A stretch of DNA of 64,000 bases. It comes from Azospirillum sp. (lineage in GTDB: Bacteria > Pseudomonadota > Alphaproteobacteria > CACIAM-22H2). The notes beneath the pieces were generated by a model that saw only the letters and a list, made by a program, of their open reading frames with translations, did not search any database and had not been told where the DNA came from. How positions within the stretch are numbered: position 1 is the first letter of the stretch; the number at the start of each line of letters is the position of its first letter. The position numbers were made by a program, and so were the translations under genes. Positions 48,831 to 58,109 of the stretch are shown here, in pieces. The DNA lies in contig JADCGK010000049.1 of NCBI GenBank assembly GCA_020249045.1, forward strand, positions 9,112-73,111, read 5' to 3'.

Positions 48831-49817
48831 TCAGAACATCGTGTGGACGACCTTGTCGGGCGGCGTATGCCCGTCGACGAAGGTCTTGATGTTGACGATC
48901 ACGCGTTCGCCCATGTCGAAGCGCCCGTCGTGGGTCGAGGAGCCCATGTGCGGCAGCAGGACGACGTTGTCGAGTTCGAGCAGCCGGGGGTGGATATCGG
49001 GTTCGCGTTCGTAGACGTCGAGGCCGGCCCCCGCGATCTCGCGTGCGTAAAGCGCGCGGGCCAGCGCCTCCTCCTCGATCACTTGGCCGCGGCTCGTGTT
49101 GACGACGATCGCGTGCGGCTTCATCAGCCGCAAACGCCGCGCCGAGATCAGGTGGTAGGTCGCGGGCGTATGCGGACAATTGATCGACACGACGTCCATA
49201 TGGCCGAGCATCTGGTCGAGGCTCTCCCAATAGGTCGCGTCGAATTCCGCCTCGACGGCCGGATCGAGCCGCCGGCGGTTGTGATAATGGATCGACAGGC
49301 CGAAGGCGCGCGCCCGCCGCGCCACGGCCGTGCCGATGCGCCCCATGCCCACGATGCCCAAGCGCTTGCCCGTCAGCCGCATGCCGAGCATCGCGGTCGG
49401 CGCCCAGCCCTGCCAACGCCCGGCGCGGACCAGCCGTTCGCCTTCGCCCAAGCGGCGCGCCACGGCCAGGATCAACGCCAGCGTCATGTCGGCCGTGTCC
49501 TCGGTCAGCACGCCGGGCGTGTTGGTGACCGTGATGCCCTTGGCCTTCGCCGCGTCGAGCGCGATGTTGTTCACGCCCGTGCCGAAGGACGCGATCAGCT
49601 TCAATTGCGGACCGGCGGACTGGATGAGGGCGGCCGACAATTCGTCCGTCACCGTCGGCACGAGGATTTCGGCCGTATTCAGCGCCGCCGCCAGCTCGTC
49701 GCGCGTGAAGGCGTGGTCGTCCAGATTGAGCCGGCAGTCGAACAGCTCCATCATCCGCGTCTCGATCAGATCGGGCAGCTTGCGCGTGACGATCACCAGC
49801 GGGCGGCGGCGGGTCAT
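48831..49817 (-). CDS. D-isomer-specific 2-hydroxyacid dehydrogenase (glyoxylate/hydroxypyruvate reductase-like)
   Basis: GIVGMGRIGTAVARRA NAD-binding motif and the catalytic R/E/H arrangement (NTSRG...E...H). 328 aa. Confidence 0.8.
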   Translation of the reverse strand: MTRRRPLVIVTRKLPDLIETRMMELFDCRLNLDDHAFTRDELAAALNTAEILVPTVTDELSAALIQSAGPQLKLIASFGTGVNNIALDAAKAKGITVTNTPGVLTEDTADMTLALILAVARRLGEGERLVRAGRWQGWAPTAMLGMRLTGKRLGIVGMGRIGTAVARRARAFGLSIHYHNRRRLDPAVEAEFDATYWESLDQMLGHMDVVSINCPHTPATYHLISARRLRLMKPHAIVVNTSRGQVIEEEALARALYAREIAGAGLDVYEREPDIHPRLLELDNVVLLPHMGSSTHDGRFDMGERVIVNIKTFVDGHTPPDKVVHTMF

Positions 49818-49891
49818 GGACGTTCCTCGGAACTTTATGCGGGGCCGCTCCGGCGTAGCAGGGCGATCGCACCTTTGTCTATAATGACCCC

Positions 49892-50386
49892 GTGATGATT
49901 CGCCTTTTGCCGCTGCTGTTCGCGCTGCTGGCGCCGGTGCCCGCGATGGCCCAGGCCGCGCGCGAGGCGCTGCCGATCCCGCGCTTCGTTTCGCTGCGCT
50001 CGGAGGAGGTGAACCTTCGCACCGGCCCGGGCGTGCGCTATCCGGTCGAATGGGTCTTCGTGCGCCGCCAGATGCCGGTCGAGATCCTGCAGGAATTCGA
50101 GAATTGGCGCCGCGTACGCGACCGCGAGGGCACGGAAGGCTGGGTCCATCAGTCGATGCTCGCCGGCCGGCGCACGGCGATCGTGCTCGGCGAGGCCGGC
50201 CGCCCGGCCGAACTGCGCCGGCGCGCCGAAGATGGGGCACCGGCTTTGGCGCGGATCGAACCGGGCGTGATCGCCACGTTGATCGAATGCGCGGGCGCGT
50301 GGTGCCGGCTCGAAGCGGGCGGCTTCCGCGGTTGGATGCCGCGCGCGGGCTTGTGGGGCGTCTATCCGCAGGAGACGGTGAAATGA
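49892..50386 (+). CDS. Secreted SH3b-like domain protein (DUF1058-type)
   Basis: Signal peptide MMIRLLPLLFALLAPVPAMA. Two SH3-like repeats (FVSLRSEEVNLRTGPGVRYPV.., AIVLGEAGRPAELRRRAEDGAPAL...). Confidence 0.6.
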   Translation: MMIRLLPLLFALLAPVPAMAQAAREALPIPRFVSLRSEEVNLRTGPGVRYPVEWVFVRRQMPVEILQEFENWRRVRDREGTEGWVHQSMLAGRRTAIVLGEAGRPAELRRRAEDGAPALARIEPGVIATLIECAGAWCRLEAGGFRGWMPRAGLWGVYPQETVK

Positions 50387-50874
50387 CCTACCGCGACATC
50401 GGTCCCGGCGAAATCCTGGCCGTGCGCCAGGGGCTTTATTGGCATGTCGGCATCCACGACGGCGCGGGCCATGTGCTGTCCCGCCGTCCGGGCAAGGGCG
50501 TGGTGCGCGAGACCTTCGACGAATTCGCGGCCGACGGAACGCCGCATCTCGTCCCCATCGACCGGCCGAGCTTTCCGCCCGCGGACATCGTCGGCCGTGC
50601 GGCGGCACGGATCGGCGAGCCGGGCTACGATTGGGTCGAGCGCAATTGCGAGCATTTCGTCGGCGAGTGCGTCTACGGCAAGTCGGCTTCGCGCCAGATC
50701 CGGCTCGCAGGCGCGCTCGCGGCCGGGATCGCACTCGCGGCGAAATACGCCGGTCCGAATTGGCTTGCGGCGGGGGCGGTGGCGCTCGCCGGCGTCGCGG
50801 CCTTCGCCTGGCTCGCCAAACCCCCCACGGCCCAAGCGCTGGAAGCGCCCGACGCGATCCGCGTGCGCGCGTGA
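50383..50874 (+). CDS. LRAT-like / NC-domain (permuted NlpC-P60 papain fold) protein with C-terminal TM anchor
   Basis: GLYWHVGIHDG (the His of the H-box) and the NCEHFVGEC catalytic Cys motif, as in lecithin-retinol-acyltransferase-like proteins. A hydrophobic C-terminus. The start overlaps the SH3 gene stop (ATGA). Confidence 0.55.
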   Translation: MTYRDIGPGEILAVRQGLYWHVGIHDGAGHVLSRRPGKGVVRETFDEFAADGTPHLVPIDRPSFPPADIVGRAAARIGEPGYDWVERNCEHFVGECVYGKSASRQIRLAGALAAGIALAAKYAGPNWLAAGAVALAGVAAFAWLAKPPTAQALEAPDAIRVRA

Positions 50875-51335
50875 TCGCGCGCCGCGCGCTACTGGCGGCC
50901 GGTTTTGCCGCCGCTTTTTCGGGCGGGCTTGCGGGGTGCGCGGGCGTGCGCCTCGAACCACTCGACGTGCGTCTCGTGGATCTCGCATTGGTCGAGGGCG
51001 GGGGGCTGCTCGAACAGCGGCTGGCGCTGACGCTGGCGTTGTCCAATCCCAATCCCACCGACGTGGCGCTCGACGGTTTGCGCGTGGCGCTGGACGTCAA
51101 CGGCGAGCCGTTGGCGCGCGGCCAATCGGGCGAGGGCGTGGTCGTCCCGCGCTTGGGCGAGGCGCGCGCGCGCGTGATCGCGACGGTTTCGATGCTCGAT
51201 CTGCTGCCCGGCGTTCTCGCGATGACCCAACGCGAGGGTCTCGCCTATCGCCTTTCGGGTACGGCGTTCGTCGCCGGGCTCGGCGGCGGGCGGCTTGCCT
51301 TCGCGCGCGAAGGCCGGTTGCCGCGCGGCGGTTGA
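50871..51335 (+). CDS. LEA_2 (Lea14-like/water-stress) domain lipoprotein
   Basis: Lipobox LAGCAG after a signal peptide. The L..LALTLALSNPNP...L..L...LDVNGEPL pattern matches LEA_2 beta-sandwich proteins. GTG start overlaps the LRAT-like gene stop (GTGA). Confidence 0.5.
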   Translation: MIARRALLAAGFAAAFSGGLAGCAGVRLEPLDVRLVDLALVEGGGLLEQRLALTLALSNPNPTDVALDGLRVALDVNGEPLARGQSGEGVVVPRLGEARARVIATVSMLDLLPGVLAMTQREGLAYRLSGTAFVAGLGGGRLAFAREGRLPRGG

Positions 51336-51358
51336 GCCGCCCGCGCCGCGGCCTTCGG

Positions 51359-52336
51359 TCAACTCGCGATCGAGTCGAGCCGGGCGCGGTCGAAGGCGCG
51401 CAAGCCGTTGACGCGCATCAGCGCGCGGATGTCGCGCACGTAATCCATTCCGCGTTCGGAATAGCGCTGCAAATGCTGGGCGAGGGCATGGCCGTCGAGC
51501 GGCTTGCCTTCGCGCCGGGCTTGCTCGCGCGCGCGGCGGAAATCGGCGTAGGCGCGGTGGGTGTTGAGGTTGACCGCGTAGGCCACGACCGCGTCCTCGA
51601 GCTGCTCGAATTTGCGCACGCGGCCGTCGTCGTCGGCCGAACGGAAGACCATCTGCCCGAACAGCGCTTGACCCGCCTGCGCGACGCGGCTGGTGCCCCA
51701 GCCGGTCTCCATCGCGGCTTGGGCGAGCGCCAGCGACACCGGGATCGCGTCCACGCGGCGCAGAAGCTCGCGCGTCTGGCGCGGCTCGACGTCGTAGCGC
51801 TCGGCGAGTTCGGCGAGCCATGCGCGGTCGGCCGGAGAGGCGTCCGCACCCGCGGCCAGCACGTCTTCGAGCCGCGCGCGCTCGGCCAGAACGCGCTCGT
51901 TCTCCATCAGCAGCAGCGGCAGCAGCGTCTTGATGAAAACCGTCTTGCGCAGATCGCTGGAATCGAGCGCGCCGAGATCGCGCGGCAGCCGCTCGACCAC
52001 CAGGCGCGGCACGATTTCCGCCCCCTGGCGCACGGCGTCGAGCACGAAGCCGCGTTCGACGTAAAGCCGGTAGAGTTCGCCCGCCGCCTTGCCCGCGATC
52101 CGGGTGACGCTCTCGCGCTCGGGTTCGATTTCGGCGACGGGGGCCGCGCCGTTCGGCGGCGGCAGGGCGGCGACGGCGGCGGTGCGCCATTGCACGGCGG
52201 CCGGCGCCGTGGCGACCGCAAGCGCCACGCCGATCGCGGCCAAAGCGGCGATCCCGCCATAGCGGCTCAGCAAAGACGGCAAAGCGTAGGGCGGCGCGAA
52301 ATCGCGCGTGCCCGCCGCGGGGGCGGAGCGTTCCAT
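51359..52336 (-). CDS. Bax-family protein with glucosaminidase (FlgJ-like) domain
   Basis: N-terminal TM/signal segment, then a C-terminal domain with AQAAMETGWGTSRVAQAGQALFGQ, typical of the mannosyl-glycoprotein endo-beta-N-acetylglucosaminidase-like (Bax) family. Confidence 0.6.
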   Translation of the reverse strand: MERSAPAAGTRDFAPPYALPSLLSRYGGIAALAAIGVALAVATAPAAVQWRTAAVAALPPPNGAAPVAEIEPERESVTRIAGKAAGELYRLYVERGFVLDAVRQGAEIVPRLVVERLPRDLGALDSSDLRKTVFIKTLLPLLLMENERVLAERARLEDVLAAGADASPADRAWLAELAERYDVEPRQTRELLRRVDAIPVSLALAQAAMETGWGTSRVAQAGQALFGQMVFRSADDDGRVRKFEQLEDAVVAYAVNLNTHRAYADFRRAREQARREGKPLDGHALAQHLQRYSERGMDYVRDIRALMRVNGLRAFDRARLDSIAS

Positions 52337-52376
52337 GTCGGTATCCTTCGGAAGGGAGCGAGGCGGGGACGCCGGA

Positions 52377-52934
52377 TCAGGCGACCGCGCGGACCTCGAC
52401 GATCTCCGGTATGTAATGGCGCAGCATGTTCTCGATGCCGGCCTTCAAGGTCGCCGTCGACGACGGGCAGCCCGAGCAGGAGCCCTGCATATGCAGGTAC
52501 ACCACGCCCTCTTCGAATCGATCGAACACGATGTCGCCGCCGTCTTGCGCCACGGCCGGGCGCACGCGGGTGTCGAGCAGTTCGATGATCTGGTTCACGA
52601 TCTCGGCGTTTTCGCCGTCGGCCGCGCCGTGCGCGGCGCCCGCCGCTTGGCTCAGCACCGGCGCGCCGGAGGTGAAATGCTCCATGATCGCGCCGAGCAG
52701 GGCGGGCTTCATCAGATGCCAGTCCTGGTCCTCGGCCTTGGTCACGGTCACGAAATCCTGGCCCAGGAAAACGCCGGTCACGCCCGCCACGCCGAACAAT
52801 TTGGCGGCCAGCGGCGAACGCTGGGCGGCTTCTTCGGCGGTTTTGATGTCGGCCGAACCTTGGCCCAGCACTTCGCGGCCGGGCAGGAATTTCAACGTCG
52901 CCGGGTTCGGCGTCGTTTCGGTCTGGATAAACAT
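52377..52934 (-). CDS. nfuA: NifU-family Fe-S cluster assembly protein (Nfu N-terminal domain + NifU C-terminal CXXC domain)
   Basis: MFIQTETTPNPATLKF (Nfu_N) and the GSCSGCPSS CXXC motif. Confidence 0.8.
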   Translation of the reverse strand: MFIQTETTPNPATLKFLPGREVLGQGSADIKTAEEAAQRSPLAAKLFGVAGVTGVFLGQDFVTVTKAEDQDWHLMKPALLGAIMEHFTSGAPVLSQAAGAAHGAADGENAEIVNQIIELLDTRVRPAVAQDGGDIVFDRFEEGVVYLHMQGSCSGCPSSTATLKAGIENMLRHYIPEIVEVRAVA

Positions 52935-53075
52935 GACGGACACTCCCAAATCTCGCGGCTTGAACGGAAGGCTGCTCTCGCCGACAGGGGTGGGGTCGGA
53001 CAGGGGCCTAGATGGCGACGAACCCGCCACCGGTCAACCCCGTTGTTTTAAACACTTGGAAAATATGGAAATAAT

Positions 53076-54362
53076 TTGATGAATTCCTTTTCGCAAGTGC
53101 GAAATGCGCCGCCGGGCGTGTTGACGCGGCGGCGATTCGTGCGCCCCGACGCGGCCCGCCCGACCGTGGCCGACCTGGCCGGCTTGATCGCCTGGGCGCA
53201 TGGCCGCGCCTATGGCGTCGGCAGCCCGATCAAACTCGTGGACGGGTTTACGTGGCGCTTGGCCTCGATCGTGCCGGTGGATCGGCTTGGGATTTCGGTC
53301 GCCCTGCTGCATCCGCAGTTTGGCGGTTACGGGATACGCTGGTGGCGCGACACCGGGGCGTCGGAGGAGGCGCTGGTCGAGCACGAAGTCCGCAAGACCG
53401 ACATCTATCGGGCCAGCCCGTTCCCGGCCGTCGTCGAGCGCGGGGAGACGTTGCGCGTGCGGATCGAGGGCAATGCGGATGTTCCCTATCCGGTGATCGG
53501 GGATTTGCGCGCCGAGGGCTACACCGACTACCTCGCCATGCCGATCGCGCTGGGCGGGTTCCTGCCGGCCGATCCGAACCGGCGCTATCAAGTCGCCAAT
53601 TTCGCCACCCGGCGCCCGGGCGGGTTTTCGGACGCGGACATCGCCGCGATCGGTGCGGGGCTGTCGGCTCTCGAAGGACCGCTGGCGCTCGTGACCGAAC
53701 GGCGCATCGCGCGCGATCTGCTGTCGATCTATCTCGGCCGGGCGACGGGCCCGCGCGTGCTGAAGGGCGAGGTCGCGCGCGGCACGGGCGAGTCCATCCG
53801 GGCCGCGATTCTGGCGACCGACATGCGCGGCTTCACGACCATCGCGGACAAATTGCCGGAAACCGAGACCATCGCCCTGTTGAACGCGTGGTTCGAACGC
53901 CAAGTCGGCGCCGTGCACGCCCATCGCGGCGAGGTGCTGAAATTCGTCGGCGACGGCATGCTGGCGATCTTTCCGATCGACGACGTGGAGCTCGCGCGCG
54001 CTTCGGTCCGCGACGCGTTGGCCGCGGCGCGCGACGCGTTGGCGTGCGCCGCCCAAATCGACATTCCGGGCGTCGGCCGTCCGCGCGCGGTCGCAGCGCT
54101 GCACGTGGGCGAAATCTTCCACGGCAATATCGGCGCGCGCGACCGGTTGGATTTCACCGCGATCGGCCCGGCCGTGAACGCCGTCTCGCGGTTGGAGGGG
54201 GTCGCGAAATCGCTCGACGTGCCGCTGGTCGTGTCGGACGAATTCGCCGCGCTGTCGACCGAGCCGATGCGTTCGCTGGGCCGTTTTCCGTTGAAGGGCT
54301 TCGCCGAACCGCGCGAGGTGTTCGCACCGGCGCCCGCGCCCGGCCGATCGGGCTCTATGTGA
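53076..54362 (+). CDS. Class III adenylate/guanylate cyclase with about 240-aa uncharacterised N-terminal domain
   Basis: The C-terminal CHD domain has AILATDMRGFT (metal Asp), KFVGDG and GNIGARDR...FTAIGPAVN. The N-terminal half has no motif I can assign. Confidence 0.75.
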   Translation: MMNSFSQVRNAPPGVLTRRRFVRPDAARPTVADLAGLIAWAHGRAYGVGSPIKLVDGFTWRLASIVPVDRLGISVALLHPQFGGYGIRWWRDTGASEEALVEHEVRKTDIYRASPFPAVVERGETLRVRIEGNADVPYPVIGDLRAEGYTDYLAMPIALGGFLPADPNRRYQVANFATRRPGGFSDADIAAIGAGLSALEGPLALVTERRIARDLLSIYLGRATGPRVLKGEVARGTGESIRAAILATDMRGFTTIADKLPETETIALLNAWFERQVGAVHAHRGEVLKFVGDGMLAIFPIDDVELARASVRDALAAARDALACAAQIDIPGVGRPRAVAALHVGEIFHGNIGARDRLDFTAIGPAVNAVSRLEGVAKSLDVPLVVSDEFAALSTEPMRSLGRFPLKGFAEPREVFAPAPAPGRSGSM

Positions 54363-54837
54363 TCGCGTCGATATCCGCGTCGGAAAGGCCGCCGGGCACG
54401 ATCGTCAGCGGCACGCGCAGCCGCGTGGAGTACTTGCCCGAAAGTGCGGCGATCAGCGGCCCCGGCCCGGCTCGGCCCGTGCCCGCGGCCAGCACCAGGA
54501 TCGAAATCGCCGGCTCCTCCTCCAACAACGCGAGCAGCGCTTCGCGCGGTTCGCCCTCGCGCACGTAAAGCATCGGCGTCTCGCCCGACATTTCGTGGAC
54601 GTGGTGGGCGAGCTCGGCCAGTTTGGTTTCGGCTTCCTGCCGGCGCTCCTCGCGCATCAGATCGCCCACGCCCATCCATTCCACGCCCTCGGCGGGCTCG
54701 GTGACGTAAAGCATCGCGACACGTCCGCCCGAATGGCGCGCGCGCCGGCAGGCGAAGCGCAAGGCGACCTTCAACTCCGGGCTTTGATCGACGACGACCA
54801 GGAACACGCGCTGGGTCTGCGGATTGCGGTTGGGCAT
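54355..54837 (-). CDS. Universal stress protein (UspA family)
   Basis: RVFLVVVDQSPE...MLYVTE...LLVLAAGTG..., the USP alpha/beta fold with an ATP-binding-like G-x2-G-x9-G(S/T) region. Confidence 0.7.
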   Translation of the reverse strand: MPNRNPQTQRVFLVVVDQSPELKVALRFACRRARHSGGRVAMLYVTEPAEGVEWMGVGDLMREERRQEAETKLAELAHHVHEMSGETPMLYVREGEPREALLALLEEEPAISILVLAAGTGRAGPGPLIAALSGKYSTRLRVPLTIVPGGLSDADIDAIT

Positions 54838-54863
54838 GGCGATGTCCTCCTCGCGAGCGCGAC

Positions 54864-55598
54864 TCAGGATTTGCGGAATACGGCGCCGGCGGCCCAGCCG
54901 GCGAAGACGGCGATCAATACGGCAAGGATGCCGTACCAGGCGGCATGGGTATGGGCGAAGTCGTAGATCTCGGCGCCGATGCCGACCTTGCTCACGAACA
55001 TCGGCGTCGATTGCGCGGCGGCGACTTGGCCGTTGCGGATCAGCAGCACCTCGACGGTATAGGCCCCGGTCGGCACGTTGGCGGGAAAGAAGATGCGCGT
55101 GCGGAACAGCCGCGGGCCCAGAAATGTCACGCGCCCCGGCTCGGGCTCGTAAAGCTGCGCGCGTTCCTTGTTGCGGATCAGGCCCGCTCGGAAGGCCTGC
55201 ACGGCTTCCGAATTCGCCTCGCGCATCGGCGCCAGACGCAGGAAGTCCGATCCGATCTGGTGGCGCTGGCGCAAGGCGGGCGTCAGAAATTCGCTGAGCG
55301 GCCGCGACGCGGCGACCCGGTAATAGGCGGGCACGCCGGAAAACCTCAATTCCTCGGTGTTGAGCCAAATCCCCGCCACGCGCGCCTTGCGCCGCACGGC
55401 GGTTTCGCCTTCGGGCCCGCGCACCAGCACGACGACGTCGCCTTCGCCTTCGGTCGCGCCGAACAGCAGCAACTCGGTGCCCGCGAAACCGGCGGTGATC
55501 GCGATCAGATGGCTCGACAAATCCGCGACGAGCGGCTGGGCGCGCGCCGGGGCGGCGGCGAGTACGAGAAAAGCCAATGCTGCCAGAACCCGGCGCAT
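54864..55598 (-). CDS. TIGR02186-family periplasmic/membrane protein (partner of TauE/SafE exporters)
   Basis: Signal peptide and a C-terminal TM segment. Its start overlaps the stop of the upstream TauE gene. Known conserved pairing with TauE/SafE permeases. Confidence 0.6.
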   Translation of the reverse strand: MRRVLAALAFLVLAAAPARAQPLVADLSSHLIAITAGFAGTELLLFGATEGEGDVVVLVRGPEGETAVRRKARVAGIWLNTEELRFSGVPAYYRVAASRPLSEFLTPALRQRHQIGSDFLRLAPMREANSEAVQAFRAGLIRNKERAQLYEPEPGRVTFLGPRLFRTRIFFPANVPTGAYTVEVLLIRNGQVAAAQSTPMFVSKVGIGAEIYDFAHTHAAWYGILAVLIAVFAGWAAGAVFRKS

Positions 55599-56545
55599 CA
55601 ATGCCCGCCCCCGGCGCGCACGGCGATCGAATACAGATCCTCCGGCCGCACGATCAGGTCGACGAACAGCTTGATCGCCACCGCCAGCACGATCAGCGCC
55701 AGCAGGCCGCGCAATTGCTCGCCTTTGAGCTTGGCGCCCGCGCGCGCGCCGAATTGCGCGCCGACCACCCCGCCCAAGAGCAGCAGCACGGCCAGCACGA
55801 TGTCGACGGTCTGGACCTGCCAAGCCTGCAGGAACGTGACGTTGGCGGTGACGAACACGATCTGGAACAGCGACGTGCCGATCACCACGCTTGTCGGCAT
55901 GCCCAGCAGATAGATCATCGCGGGCACCATGATGAAGCCGCCGCCCACGCCCATCAGCGCCGACAGCACGCCCACGAACACGCCGATCAGGAACGGTGCG
56001 ATGGCGCTGATGTAGAGCTTGGAGCGCGGAAAGCGCATCTTGAGCGGCAGCCCGTGCAGCCACGTATGTTCGTGCAGCTTGTGCAGTTCCTTGGGCGCTG
56101 CGGCGCCCGCGCGCGCGCGTTTGACGCCCTTGCGCAACGTGTTCGCCGATTCGACCAGCATCAAAGCGCCGATCAGGCCCAGCACGACGACGTAGGCGAT
56201 CGAGATGACGAAATCGACCTGCCCCAGCGTGCGCAGCCAGGCGAAGATCTGCACGCCCAGCGTCGATCCCACGATGCCGCCCGCGAGCAGCACGCCGCCC
56301 ATGCGGAAATCGACGTTGCCCCGGCGCATATGCGCGATGACGCCGGAAACCGACGCCGCGACGATCTGCGCGGCCTCCGACCCCACCGCGACCGCGGGCG
56401 CGATCCCGATGAAAATCAGCAACGGCGTCATCAGAAAGCCGCCGCCCACGCCGAACAGTCCCGACAGGAATCCCACGCCGCCGCCCAGCAGCAGCAGCAG
56501 GAAAATGTCGACCGAAACCTCGGCGATGGGCAGATAGATCTGCAC
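55598..56545 (-). CDS. Sulfite exporter TauE/SafE family permease
   Basis: Two internal repeats each with a GVGGGF motif (GGGVGFLSGLFGVGGGFLMTP and LMGVGGGFIMVP). 8 TM segments. Confidence 0.8.
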   Translation of the reverse strand: MQIYLPIAEVSVDIFLLLLLGGGVGFLSGLFGVGGGFLMTPLLIFIGIAPAVAVGSEAAQIVAASVSGVIAHMRRGNVDFRMGGVLLAGGIVGSTLGVQIFAWLRTLGQVDFVISIAYVVVLGLIGALMLVESANTLRKGVKRARAGAAAPKELHKLHEHTWLHGLPLKMRFPRSKLYISAIAPFLIGVFVGVLSALMGVGGGFIMVPAMIYLLGMPTSVVIGTSLFQIVFVTANVTFLQAWQVQTVDIVLAVLLLLGGVVGAQFGARAGAKLKGEQLRGLLALIVLAVAIKLFVDLIVRPEDLYSIAVRAGGGH

Positions 56546-56599
56546 GCGGACGAACCCCCGCCTGATATTGGCGGGGCCGTACGCATCGCCGCAAGGGAA

Positions 56600-57379
56600 T
56601 TAGGACGGAAACGCCCGTCGCCGTTGCCGGGGCGCCCGCTTGCGCGCAACCCGGCTCGCATCGCGGCCGGCTGCTGGGGCTTGGGCCGCCGATGCCTTCG
56701 CGGGCAAGCTTCGCAGATAGTCCTCGAAACGTTTTCCGGTCTCATGCCGGAAAACCGCGCCCGTCGGCTCGATCGCCTCGATCCGGTCGACGCGAAGATT
56801 TCTGAATGCGCGCCTCAGCTCGCACCAAATCGTCAGCAGCCAGACTTCGTCGAACGCCGTCAATCCGAGCGGACGGCACAGCCGTTTTGAGCGTCGCCCG
56901 GCGGGATCGCGGTAGGCGATGCCCAGGATCGCGCGGTGCCGAACCGCGTCGCGAAGCCGCGCCAGCTTATCGTGCTGGTCGAGTTTCCGGCGATCCGTCT
57001 TCGAGACCGCACGAAACGGCGCGTCGAGAAACTCGGCGCGGTCGCGGCCCTCCAGAACCGATCCGATCTTTCCGGCCGCCCGATCGGCAGCGACGCGCAG
57101 GCGCGCGTCACCCTTTGCCGAGGCCAATCGCAGCCCGAAACGAACGGCGTCCGTCTCGTCCGCATCCAAACGCAACGGCGGCAGGAAGAAGCCCGGCTCC
57201 AGCCGATAGCCGATCCCGGCCTCGCCCCGAACCGGCGCGCCGATCGCCTGAAGGGTTGCCATGTCGCGATAGATGGTCCGCAGCGAAACCTCCAGGCTCG
57301 AAGCCAAGGTCGTCGCCTTTACAGGCGCCGTCGCCGAACGGAGCGAGTCGAGGATCAGGAACAAACGTGTCGTTCGCAT
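56600..57379 (-). CDS. WYL-domain transcriptional regulator (YafY-like HTH-WYL)
   Basis: N-terminal HTH (LASSLEVSLRTIYRDMATLQAIGAPV) and a WYL-domain region (LGIAYRDPAGRRSKRLCRPLGLTAFDEVWLLTIWCELRRAFRNLRVDRI). Confidence 0.65.
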   Translation of the reverse strand: MRTTRLFLILDSLRSATAPVKATTLASSLEVSLRTIYRDMATLQAIGAPVRGEAGIGYRLEPGFFLPPLRLDADETDAVRFGLRLASAKGDARLRVAADRAAGKIGSVLEGRDRAEFLDAPFRAVSKTDRRKLDQHDKLARLRDAVRHRAILGIAYRDPAGRRSKRLCRPLGLTAFDEVWLLTIWCELRRAFRNLRVDRIEAIEPTGAVFRHETGKRFEDYLRSLPAKASAAQAPAAGRDASRVARKRAPRQRRRAFPS

Positions 57380-57463
57380 CCGTGGATCGTAGCCGAGATT
57401 GCTGTCGAAAAATGTCAGGACGCCGAGTTTATGGATTGGCGCGCCAACTCATCGGAGAAAGAC

Positions 57464-58057
57464 ATGAACGGATCCATCTATGAGATCGTCCTTTACTCGG
57501 TCGCCGACCCGGCCGCCGGCGACGAAGCGCGCGCGGGAATTGGGCGGCATCTGCAAGCCCTGCCGGGGTTGCGCGGGTATCTGCCCCTCGTCGATGCCGA
57601 AAATCCCGCGAAGCGGGCCGATCTCGTCCAATGGGCGTCGCTCGACGCGGCGAAGGATGCGGCCAAGGTCGTCCAGACCCACCAGAACTTCACGTCCTTC
57701 ATGAGCACCATCGCGTCGGTGGAGGCCATGGGACATTTCCAGGGGCAGGCCGGCGCGGCGATTGGCGTTTCGGCCGGAGGCATCGAGGTTGGGTTCTTCC
57801 GCCTCAAGCCGGACGTTTCCGAAGCGCAAGCACGCGCGGCGCACGCCAAAGCCATCGAAAGTCACCTTTCGAGGCAACCCGGCTGGATTGCCGAGTACTT
57901 CGTCCGCTTCGACGAGGGGCTTTATCTCGATCTTTTGCTCGCTGAAAGCCGGCCACGCGCGGAAGCGATCTGCCGACTCTGGTACGACCATCCCGATTGT
58001 CGGGCATTCGTCGCGCTGGTCCAGGATGTCGACATGAAATTCGGACAGGCGATCTGA
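57464..58057 (+). CDS. Hypothetical protein with two ABM/Dabb-like (ferredoxin-fold) halves
   Basis: A 197-aa ORF with an internal two-fold pattern (IYEIVLYSV...DAENPAK... / GIEVGFFRLKP...). Divergent from the WYL regulator. Domain call is tentative. Confidence 0.4.
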   Translation: MNGSIYEIVLYSVADPAAGDEARAGIGRHLQALPGLRGYLPLVDAENPAKRADLVQWASLDAAKDAAKVVQTHQNFTSFMSTIASVEAMGHFQGQAGAAIGVSAGGIEVGFFRLKPDVSEAQARAAHAKAIESHLSRQPGWIAEYFVRFDEGLYLDLLLAESRPRAEAICRLWYDHPDCRAFVALVQDVDMKFGQAI

Positions 58058-58109
58058 AGGGCGGTCCGCCGGCTCGAAGGCGGGCGCTGTCGCGGACTCG
58101 ACGCGGGGT

